A program made the translations under genes and the position numbers. From positions 451,280 through 515,279 of the forward strand of contig CBDBQH010000001.1 in the NCBI GenBank assembly GCA_965208975.1: a stretch of 64,000 bases of DNA. The letters are read 5' to 3'. The notes beneath the pieces were generated by a model. It made no database searches, was not told where the DNA came from, and worked only from the letters and a program-made list of their open reading frames with translations. Source of the DNA: Candidatus Poriferihabitaceae bacterium (GTDB taxonomy: Bacteria > Pseudomonadota > Gammaproteobacteria > Arenicellales > Poriferihabitantaceae). Shown piece after piece: positions 13,349-24,100 of the stretch (positions are counted from its first letter, which is position 1; the number at the start of each line of letters is the position of its first letter).

Positions 13349-14953
13349 ATGAATGCCATTTTGCTGCTGATCGCTTTTCTGGCGGGGATGGTTTTTCGCC
13401 GCCTCGGCTATCCGCCATTGCTCGGATTCCTGCTGGCGGGGTTTGTCGCAAACGAGATCGGGGTGGGGGATATCGAAACCATCCGGCCACTCGCTGATCT
13501 GGGTATCACCCTGCTTCTCTTCACTATCGGGCTCAAGCTGAACCTGAGGGAGCTTACGCAGATACAAGTCTGGGGAACGGCCTCGGCGCATACGATGATT
13601 GCCGTAATTATGACCGTGCCCGTGATATTTCTTGCGGGATACCTGTTTCCGGTCATGCGGCTGGAAAACAACTATTCGGCATGGCTCCTGGCCTTCGCTC
13701 TTTCGTTTTCAAGCACCGTGTTTGCGATCAAGATCATCGAGGAACGCGGTGAAAGCGCCGCTCTCCATGCGGACATAGCCATTGGCATCCTGATCATCCA
13801 GGATATTTTTGCCGTCTGTTTCCTGGTTTTGACGGCGGACAGGATGCCCGGTCCCTGGGCGCTGGCGCTTCTGGTATTGCCATTTTTGCGACCTGTGATG
13901 ATTGCCTTGCTGAATCGCGCCGGACATGGTGAGTTGTTAGTCCTGTTCGGGGTGGCGACCGCCATTGCCGCATACCAATTGTTCGAGCTGGTGGACCTCA
14001 AGGGCGGACTGGGCGCATTGATTTTCGGGGTATTGCTGGGGCGGGCGGAAAAGGCCTCCGAACTTTACAAGAGTCTGGTTTCTCTCAAGGACCTCTTCCT
14101 GATTGGATTTTTCCTGCAAATCGGATTCTTCGGGCTCCCTTCTCTGGAGATGGTGGCAGTGGCCGTGGCATTATCCGCGCTGATTTTCCTGCGCCCGTTG
14201 ATCTACTATTTCTTGCTGGTCAGTTTCGGGTTGCGCGCCCGGACTGCCTTTGTCGCCGGATTCAGTCTCTTCAATTATTCGGAATTCGGGCTGATTGTGG
14301 GCGCCATTGCCGTCAGCGCTGGTTTGTTGTCACCGGAATGGTTGACGACGCTGGCGCTGGTGATGGCTATGTCACTGTTCATCGCTACTCCCTTCAATAC
14401 CAAAGTGCATCAACTATATGGACGATTCTCCGCAATTCTGCACCGCTTTGAGCGCAAGGAACGCCTGGAGCGGGAGAAAATGCCAAGTCTGGGTGACGCC
14501 GAAATTGTGGTGCTTGGCATGGGCCGTGTGGGTGTCGGCGCGTATGAAACACTGCATGAGCGGTACGGTGATGTTGTGGTCGGAATTGAGGAGAATACAG
14601 AAAGGGTAAAACATCTTGCCGCGGCCGGTTATCATTGTGTGCCGGGCGATGCCAGTGACTCTGATTTCTGGCTGAACGCCAATCTGGTTAAACGCCGGAT
14701 GTTGTTGATCAGTTTGTCCAATCATCGGGAGAATCTGTATGTGGTTGACATCGCGAAAAGACTGGGTTATCCGGGTATTCTGGCTGTCATTTCCCGCTAT
14801 CCCGACCACAAGGCCGAACTGGAAAGCCTCGGCTGCGTGACTTTTAACCTGTATGCCGGAGCGGGACGCGGATTTGCGGAACATGTCCTGAGGCAAATGG
14901 ATGATCTATCGACAGACGGTGACCACTCCCCATCACTGAGAAGAATCGAATAA
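13349..14953 (+). CDS. CPA2-family cation:proton antiporter with C-terminal RCK/TrkA-N domain (KefB/YbaL-like)
   Basis: 534 aa from ATG 13349; about 12 TM segments followed by IVVLGMGRVGVGAYE Rossmann motif; the track ORF start 13073 overlaps xdhC and is rejected. Confidence 0.85.
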   Translation: MNAILLLIAFLAGMVFRRLGYPPLLGFLLAGFVANEIGVGDIETIRPLADLGITLLLFTIGLKLNLRELTQIQVWGTASAHTMIAVIMTVPVIFLAGYLFPVMRLENNYSAWLLAFALSFSSTVFAIKIIEERGESAALHADIAIGILIIQDIFAVCFLVLTADRMPGPWALALLVLPFLRPVMIALLNRAGHGELLVLFGVATAIAAYQLFELVDLKGGLGALIFGVLLGRAEKASELYKSLVSLKDLFLIGFFLQIGFFGLPSLEMVAVAVALSALIFLRPLIYYFLLVSFGLRARTAFVAGFSLFNYSEFGLIVGAIAVSAGLLSPEWLTTLALVMAMSLFIATPFNTKVHQLYGRFSAILHRFERKERLEREKMPSLGDAEIVVLGMGRVGVGAYETLHERYGDVVVGIEENTERVKHLAAAGYHCVPGDASDSDFWLNANLVKRRMLLISLSNHRENLYVVDIAKRLGYPGILAVISRYPDHKAELESLGCVTFNLYAGAGRGFAEHVLRQMDDLSTDGDHSPSLRRIE

Positions 14954-15045
14954 ACCGGAATCGGAACAATTTATTGTGATTGATTGTGATACAATCCGCC
15001 GTCACAAGATGTAATTTCAAGATAAACCTTCTGGAGCTGACCTAA

Positions 15046-16317
15046 ATGCCTTGGAACAAATCCGGCCCGGGTGACGATGACGACCCATGGGGGCAGAATA
15101 ATCGTCGTAGAAGCGGCCGTAATCAAGCCCCGCCCGACCTGGATGAAGCGCTTCGCCAGGCCAGGGAGCGGATCGAAAATCTGTTCGGCCGTCGCAGAAG
15201 CCGGGGGCGAGGCGGCGGTGACAGCGGTGGCAATGGTTCCGGCTCAGGGGGCTCAGGCGGGATCGGTCTGGCGCCCATTCTGGGAATTCTGGTCGTCGCT
15301 TTCGGCTTCTGGATATTCACTGGATTTTATACGGTTGATCAGGGTGAGCAGGCCATTGAGTTGCGCTTCGGAAAATATCTGGAAACCAATGACGCCGGCC
15401 TGCATTTTCACATTCCAACCCCGTTCGAATCGGTGGAGATTGTCAATACCCAGAATGTGAATACGGTTGAGGTCGGCTATCGTGAAAGTGGCCGCTCCAT
15501 CCAGTCCGTGCCGCGCGAGGCATTGATGCTGACTCAGGATGAGAACATTATTGATATACAGTTCGCGGTGCAGTACGATGTCAAGAATCCCACCGACCTG
15601 TTGTTTAACGTCAGCGAATACAATCAGAGAGAGTTGGCGGATCTGGTTGTGCGCCAGGCCACGGAAAGCGCTGTGCGGGAAATTGTAGGCCGCAACAGCA
15701 TGGATTTCGCGATTACGGAAGGCCGGGCGCAGTTGGCGGCGGAGACCGAGGTACTGGTTCAGGAGATTCTGGACCGTTATGAAACGGGGATCAATATACG
15801 AGCCGTTGAAATGCAGAACGCACAACCCCCTGAGCAGGTGAAGGATGCCTTCGACGATGTGGTCAGGGCGCGTGAGGATGAGGTTCGGCTGAAGAATCTG
15901 GCGCAGGCCTATGCCAACGACATTATCCCGAAGGCGCGAGGGTTTGCCGCCAGGATTTTGCAGGAGGCGGAGGCATATCGCGCTTCTGTGATCGCCAAGG
16001 CGGATGGTGAAACTGCCCGCTTCGAGCAGGTGCTGACAGAATATACCAAAGCGCCTGACATCACCCGGGATCGTTTGTATCTTGAAACCATGGAAGAAGT
16101 TTTCAGTCGCGCCAGCAAGATGGTGATTGACCAGCCGGACGGTGGCAACAGTGTCATGTATCTGCCGCTGGATCAGTTGCTGCGCGACCGCGGGCAGCAG
16201 GGTGGCTCATCAGCCAGCGGTGGCGTATCTGACCGATCGGTGTCCGGGTTCAATACGCTGGATACCGGTTCTTCAAGATCAACCACGCGAAGTGTTGATC
16301 GTACTGTGAGGCAATAA
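15046..16317 (+). CDS. hflK: FtsH protease modulator HflK
   Basis: Gly/Arg-rich N-terminus, one TM, SPFH/band-7 domain; followed by hflC. Confidence 0.9.
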   Translation: MPWNKSGPGDDDDPWGQNNRRRSGRNQAPPDLDEALRQARERIENLFGRRRSRGRGGGDSGGNGSGSGGSGGIGLAPILGILVVAFGFWIFTGFYTVDQGEQAIELRFGKYLETNDAGLHFHIPTPFESVEIVNTQNVNTVEVGYRESGRSIQSVPREALMLTQDENIIDIQFAVQYDVKNPTDLLFNVSEYNQRELADLVVRQATESAVREIVGRNSMDFAITEGRAQLAAETEVLVQEILDRYETGINIRAVEMQNAQPPEQVKDAFDDVVRAREDEVRLKNLAQAYANDIIPKARGFAARILQEAEAYRASVIAKADGETARFEQVLTEYTKAPDITRDRLYLETMEEVFSRASKMVIDQPDGGNSVMYLPLDQLLRDRGQQGGSSASGGVSDRSVSGFNTLDTGSSRSTTRSVDRTVRQ

Positions 16318-16320
16318 ATC

Positions 16321-17199
16321 ATGAGTGGTAAATCAATGTTGGGCGTTGTCTTTCTGGCCATAATGGGCGCTCTGGTATTTTCTTCGGCCTATCTGGTTGA
16401 TGAGAGGGAAAAGGCCATTGTGTTTAAATTCGGCGAGATTATTCGCTCCGATGTGAAACCCGGACTGCACTGGAAAGTTCCGTTTATCAATAATGTCCGG
16501 TTCTTTGACGCCAGAGTACAGACCATGGATGCGGATCCGGAGTCCTATCTGACCCAGGAAAAGAAAAACCTGATTGTGGATTCGTTCGTCAAGTGGCGGG
16601 TGAAGGACGTTCATCAGTACTACACCCGTTTGCAGGGCAGCAAGTTGAATGCCCGCTCCCGGCTGTCCCAACGGGTCAATGACAGTCTGCGTCAGGAGTT
16701 CGGCAAGCGCTCTGTGCAGGAGGTTATTTCGGGCGACCGCAAGCTGATCATGGAAACGGTGCGTACCGAGATGAACGAGGAAGCGGCCACACTGGGCATA
16801 GAAGTGATTGACGTGCGGCTCAAACGGGTTGATCTCGACACGACAATCAGTGAGCGTGTTTATCAAAGGATGGCGGCTGAACGACAGCGTGTCGCCAAGG
16901 AATTACGGGCGCAGGGTGAGGAAGTTGCCGAGAAGATCCGGGCAGACGCCGACCGGCAGCGCCTGATACTGCTGGCTGACGCCGAGCGCGACGCGGAAGT
17001 GCTTCGCGGGGAAGGCGACGCGATTGCGACTGCCGCTTATGCGGATGCTTTCGGCAGGGATACGGAATTTTACAATTTCTATCGTAGTCTGAACGCTTAC
17101 AGGGGCAGCTTCGACAGCAAGCAGGATCTGATGATCATTGATCCGAGCTCGGAGTTTTTCAAGTACTTCAAGCAATCCGAGGCGAGGGTATCCAATTAG
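16321..17199 (+). CDS. hflC: FtsH protease modulator HflC
   Basis: N-terminal TM plus SPFH domain, canonical position after hflK. Confidence 0.9.
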   Translation: MSGKSMLGVVFLAIMGALVFSSAYLVDEREKAIVFKFGEIIRSDVKPGLHWKVPFINNVRFFDARVQTMDADPESYLTQEKKNLIVDSFVKWRVKDVHQYYTRLQGSKLNARSRLSQRVNDSLRQEFGKRSVQEVISGDRKLIMETVRTEMNEEAATLGIEVIDVRLKRVDLDTTISERVYQRMAAERQRVAKELRAQGEEVAEKIRADADRQRLILLADAERDAEVLRGEGDAIATAAYADAFGRDTEFYNFYRSLNAYRGSFDSKQDLMIIDPSSEFFKYFKQSEARVSN

Positions 17200-17222
17200 T
17201 CGGCGAAACCTGAATTTCCGCT

Positions 17223-18753
<1,531 letters not shown>

Positions 18754-18804
18754 ATCCGGACTTCGCAAGAATATGCCGCCCAATCATTTCATGGGGAATT
18801 TTCT

Positions 18805-20268
18805 ATGACAAATATAAAGCTGGATGACGCCGGAATTTTTCACGAGCAGTGTTATATCAATGGTCAGTTTCGATACGCCAACAGCGGAGAAACCATTGAT
18901 GTGACCAATCCCGCCAATGGCGCCGTGATTGCCAGGGTTCCGAATATGGGGGCTGCGGAAACCACAGAAGCGATTGCGGCGGCGGAACAGGCCCAGAAGA
19001 ACTGGCGTAACGCGCTGGCTAAGGAGCGCTCTGATATTTTGCGGCGCTGGCATGATCTGATGATCGAAAATCAGGAAGATCTTGCCCGAATAATGACTCT
19101 TGAGCAGGGCAAACCCCTGGCGGAGGCGCGTGGGGAAATTCTCTACTCTGCGTCCTTTCTGGACTGGTTTGCCAGTGAAGCGCGGCGGGTGGGCGGCGAA
19201 ACCATCCCGCAGCACCAGCCGGATAAACGGATTGTGGTGATCAAGCAGCCGATCGGTGTCTGTGTGGCTATTACGCCATGGAATTTCCCGTCCGCGATGA
19301 TTACCAGAAAAGTCGGCCCGGCCCTGGCCGCCGGCTGCGCGGTCGTGGTCAAGCCGGCGACACAAACCCCGTTGTCCGCTTTTGCGCTTTGTGAGCTTGC
19401 CGAGCGGGCCGGTTTGCCAGCCGGGTTAATGAATGTGTTGACCGGGTCATCAGTGGCTATTGGTGGCGAAATGACCTCGAATCCGGCGGTCAGGCATCTG
19501 AGTTTTACCGGCTCAACCGAAGTGGGTCGATTGTTGATGAAGCAGTGTTCCGGGTCCATCATCAAGGTGGCGCTGGAGCTTGGTGGCAATGCCCCGTTCA
19601 TTGTATTCGACGATGCCGATATCGACGCGGCGGTGGAAGGCGCCATGATTTCCAAATACCGCAATGCCGGACAAACCTGTGTTTGCGCGAACCGCATCTA
19701 TGTTCAGGCGGGGGTTTACGACGAGTTTGCAGAGAAGTTATCCGTTGCGGTGAATCAATTACGGGTGGGGGACGGCATGCGAGACGGCGTCACCCAGGGG
19801 CCGCTGATCAATATGGAGGCCGTACAGAAAGTCGAGGAACATATTGCCGATGCAATAAGCCATGGAGCGGAGGTGGTTGTGGGCGGAAGTCGTCATGAGT
19901 TGGGGGGCGCCTGGTTCCAGCCGACATTACTGATGAATGTGACTGCGGATATGAAGATTGCGAGGGAAGAAACTTTTGGCCCGCTGGCGCCCCTGTTCAG
20001 ATTTGAGGATGAGGCGGAGGTGATTGAAATGGCTAACAATACGGAGTTCGGTCTGGCCTCTTATTTTTACAGCAGGGACCTGGCCAGGGTTTGGAGAGTA
20101 GCGGAACAGCTGGAATACGGAATGGTCGGAATCAATAGCGGACTGATTTCCACAGAAGTGGCGCCCTTTGGCGGAGTCAAGCAATCCGGTCTCGGTCGGG
20201 AAGGCTCGAGTCACGGTATTGATGAGTATCTGGAGATGAAATATCTGTGTATCGGTGGAATTTCCTGA
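18805..20268 (+). CDS. gabD: NAD(P)-dependent succinate-semialdehyde dehydrogenase
   Basis: 487 aa ALDH-family protein with ELGGNAP and catalytic-Cys region GQTCVCANR; GabD-like N-terminus. Confidence 0.85.
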   Translation: MTNIKLDDAGIFHEQCYINGQFRYANSGETIDVTNPANGAVIARVPNMGAAETTEAIAAAEQAQKNWRNALAKERSDILRRWHDLMIENQEDLARIMTLEQGKPLAEARGEILYSASFLDWFASEARRVGGETIPQHQPDKRIVVIKQPIGVCVAITPWNFPSAMITRKVGPALAAGCAVVVKPATQTPLSAFALCELAERAGLPAGLMNVLTGSSVAIGGEMTSNPAVRHLSFTGSTEVGRLLMKQCSGSIIKVALELGGNAPFIVFDDADIDAAVEGAMISKYRNAGQTCVCANRIYVQAGVYDEFAEKLSVAVNQLRVGDGMRDGVTQGPLINMEAVQKVEEHIADAISHGAEVVVGGSRHELGGAWFQPTLLMNVTADMKIAREETFGPLAPLFRFEDEAEVIEMANNTEFGLASYFYSRDLARVWRVAEQLEYGMVGINSGLISTEVAPFGGVKQSGLGREGSSHGIDEYLEMKYLCIGGIS

Positions 20269-20298
20269 AAAACCTTATATAATCCGCACAATTCAATC

Positions 20299-20490
20299 AT
20301 TCCCCCCTTGAGGGGGAATCAATCCGCAAAGCGGATGTGATGAGGGGTATTCCCGCCAAAGGCGGGAATCCAACAGAAACAACGAGCACAATCAGGAACA
20401 AAGAACGTGATGCAAAGAGAATCAGCCACCTCCCATCGTAGAGCCTGCCCCCGGCTTGATCGGGGGGGCGGGTCACCGTGCCCGCCCGCC
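20299..20490 (+). repeat. REP-like mosaic: triple-hairpin module A1 (20299-20371) plus GTAG-headed module B1 (20435-20490)
   Basis: stems ATTCCCCC/GGGGGAAT, ATCCGC/GCGGAT, ATTCCCGCC/GGCGGGAAT; GTAGAGCCTGCCCCCGGCTTGATCGGGGGGGC plus GGCGGG-N8-CCCGCC; further copies elsewhere in the window. Confidence 0.85.
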
Positions 20491-20565
20491 CAAATACCGG
20501 ATCATGCACAACCCCCATACCCGCCCGCTCTAATGCCAAATCATGCACAAAAGTTAAATTTCTGC

Positions 20566-20597
20566 TTGACAGCTGAATGGCAAGATGCTGCTACAAT
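20566..20597 (+). promoter_or_regulatory. candidate promoter: TTGACA (20566-20571) and extended -10 TGcTACAAT (20589-20597); the 20-nt spacer is long
   Basis: hexamers read directly; the predicted TSS falls at the first CCAG units. Confidence 0.4.
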
Positions 20598-20600
20598 GAT

Positions 20601-20766
<166 letters not shown>

Positions 20767-20794
20767 GGCCTCTTTCGTTCATTAACTGATTCTT

Positions 20795-21160
20795 CCCACA
20801 GAAGCGGGAATCATTCCTGCGCGGGACGGCACGGAGACCGTCCCCTACGATCAAGCCCGTTCCGACACCACAATATCACTCCCCCCTGGAGGGGGAATCA
20901 CACTCCGCAAAGCGGATGTGATGGGGGGCATTCCCGCACAGCGGGAATCCACAACCATCAGACGACTGATTCTCCCGACCTGCCGCCGTCAACTGGTGTC
21001 ACCGCCCGTCATCGTAGAGCCTGCCCCCGACTTGATCGGGGGGGCAATCCCTTGTGGTTGCCCGCCACAGTCAATCCCTGCCACTACCTCAAAATCACTC
21101 CCCCCTTGAGGGGGAGTCCAATCCGCAAAGCGGATTGGGTGGGGGGATTTTCCCGCAAGC
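20795..21160 (+). repeat. REP-like mosaic array: inverted GTAG-REP (20823-20849), module A2 (20875-20950), B2 (21011-21065), A3 (21093-21160)
   Basis: near-identical copies of the A1/B1 modules, same orientation. Confidence 0.85.
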
Positions 21161-21183
21161 TTGTCCCCGGCCCCGAACGGGGA

Positions 21184-24100
21184 GTGGGAATTCACTACTT
21201 CCTCTCCGCCCTTCTCCTTCTACCACTCCTCACCGGCTTCACCGCCGAAGCCACTGCCCAAACTCCCCTCGCCGACCGAATCGCTCCCCCCGCCACTTTG
21301 ACAGTCGCCGAGAATGCCGGTCAGCATAACATCGTCCTGTCCGGTCAGGTGGATATGTTGCCAGCTACTATAGATACTGATTTCAATCAGAACAACAGCA
21401 CAGCCACAGGTCGCAGAACAGCAGGGGCCTGCCAGGCTGGCGATGACTTTGTCCAAGCTACCTCGAACACTCATGTCGCCAGTACGGCAACAACCAGTCA
21501 TACCATCATTGGTCTTACGGTGTGCGAGGACACCGTCGATGAACCGGATGAAACCATCGAATGGAACTGGACGAGTATTACAGGTGGTGGCCCATATAAT
21601 AGCGCAACGAGTAATTGCGCCAGTGATGCCGCTTGCACCACGATAATCACCATCACCGACAACGACCCCACGGTTGTTGCCCTGACCCGTACCGGCGGTT
21701 CTGGCGCCGTAACCGAAGGCGGTACGATCGAGTTCACGGTCGCTTTGGGCCGCGCCCTGATTGCCGGAGAAATCATTGACGTACCGTTATCCATCGGCGG
21801 CACAGGCATCACCACCGCCGACTGGAGTCTGGCGGAGAAATCCGGTACGAATCTCAACACCGGCGTCACCCTGACCGGGCAGACCACCGCCACCCCGCAG
21901 GTGCGCTTTTCAGGTGTCGGAGCGCAGGTCGCCACCCTGCAACTGACCCCGACCGCAGATAGCGTAACCGAAGCCGGTGGAGAAACCTTCACCATCGCAC
22001 TGGGGCCGGACGGCTCAGCAACCAACGGTTTCGACCGCGCAAGCCTCGCCACCAATGTCGGCGGCGGCGCCAACCCGCATGCGTCCGCCGCTTCCAACAC
22101 ATTCGATGTAATGGTCAATGACCCCCCCGTGGGCGTTCCCGTTCTCACCCTCAGCCACGGCACCATGCCTTCCAATCGTCACCACAGCGCCCCGGCCCAC
22201 AGACTCGAAGAAGGCGGCGACACTCTGGCTGTATTCATCGTCACCGCCACCCCGTCCTTTACCGTTGCCCGGGACGCCAGAATCCGCATTGACTCCGTAC
22301 AAGACCATACCCCCCATACCGGAACGCACACCCTCTCATTTACCGCATCAGGAGACGGAGCCGGTGAACAGAGATACACTGCCCCCGTTAGAAGTGACAT
22401 CACCGACCGCCTCGACGGAGAGATTCGCGCCACCCTCCTGCCCTCTGCCAACAATACCTATACACTCGGTAATTCTACCATCCATTACGACATCGTCGAC
22501 AACGACCCCACCGTGGTCACCCTGTCTACGCCGGACAACAACACCGCCGATGAAGACAACGCCGCCGATACCGCAAAAATCAACCTGTCCCTGAGCCGTG
22601 GACTGGTTTCAGGGGAAAGATTAGACATTCCGTTACAATTCAGTGGTGGCGCCTTAGGCGATGATTTCACCCTGGCGAAGATGGAGGGTACTCCAGCCGA
22701 CATTTCCTTGTCCGGCAGTACCGTCACCTTTACCGGCCCCTCTACCGGCGCCACCGCAATGTCAGCCACCCTGATTGTCACCGCCGCCCAGGATACGGAT
22801 ACCGAAGATGAAACCGTCACCGTCTCGATTCCCGCACGGGCCGGCACCAACCCCAATGACATACGCCTGCGCACCACCGGCTTTCACTGTCGCACCACCA
22901 ACTGTAAAGCCACCGGCACAGGCAGTGGCATGTTCACCCTGTCTGATGCCGGTTCACGGGTTCCGGTCCTTCGTATCACTCCCGGATCGGCGATCACCGA
23001 AGGCGCCAACGCCACCTTTACCCTGACCGCCGACCCGGCGCCGGCTGGCAACCTGACCGTCTATCTGGATGTAGAGAGCCTGGGAGGAAACCAGGTAGCC
23101 AGTAGCCGTCTGGGAGAGAAGACCGCCATCATTCCGAGCAGTGGAACCCTCACCTATACGATCCCGACCCTCGCCGATTCTACCGATGAACCGGACAGCG
23201 ACCTCTTCGTAGAGATTCTGGCAGAAGACACGGACGGGGAGAATCCCGGTTATACCCTACACGCAGAGGATTACGAGGCCGAGTTGCATATACAGGACGA
23301 TGACGCCACGACCGTGGTATTGACCACCCCGGACGCATCCGCGACCAAAGGCAGCAGTACCGACACCGCCCGCATCGTATTGACCCTGAACCGTTCAGTA
23401 GACCGTATCGAACAACTGGATGTGCCGTTGGTGTTCACTGGCGGTTCTCGGGTCAGTGGCAACCCCCCGACCGGCGACTTTACGCTGGCGCTGACGCCAC
23501 CGCCCGGCAGTCTGGCATCTAGCCAGACACTCAGCACAACATCCAATGTGGTGTCTTTCAGAGCCCTGTCGCCGAACACCGCAACCATTTTATTGACGGC
23601 TGTAGCGGACAGCGATACCATCGACAAGACCGTGACGGTATCGCTCGGCGCTTTGAATATCGTCCGCGGCTTCGCCGGTGGCGTCACTGGTTCTCGCAGC
23701 GGCGACGGACAGATTACCCTGATGGATGCGTCCACGACCCAGACTCCGGCAACGCCAGAGATTACCATCACGCCCGGAACTTCTCCGGTCATCGAAGGCA
23801 CAGCGGCGACCTTCACCGTCACCGCGACACCCCCTCCGGCTGCCGCCCTGACCGTCAATCTCACCATAACCGACGCTCCGAACTCAGACTTTGTCTCTGC
23901 ATCCAACCAGCAGGGCACAAAAACGGTTACCATCCAGCCAGCCAGTACGACTTCCAGTTCTGTAACCTATTCGGTGCCGACCGAAACGGACACCACCGAT
24001 GAACCCAATGGCCCGGTCATGGTGACGATTGCCAGTGGTTCCGGCTATACCATCGGCAGTTCGGGTTCCGCTTCCGTCACCGTCAATGATGATGATGCAA

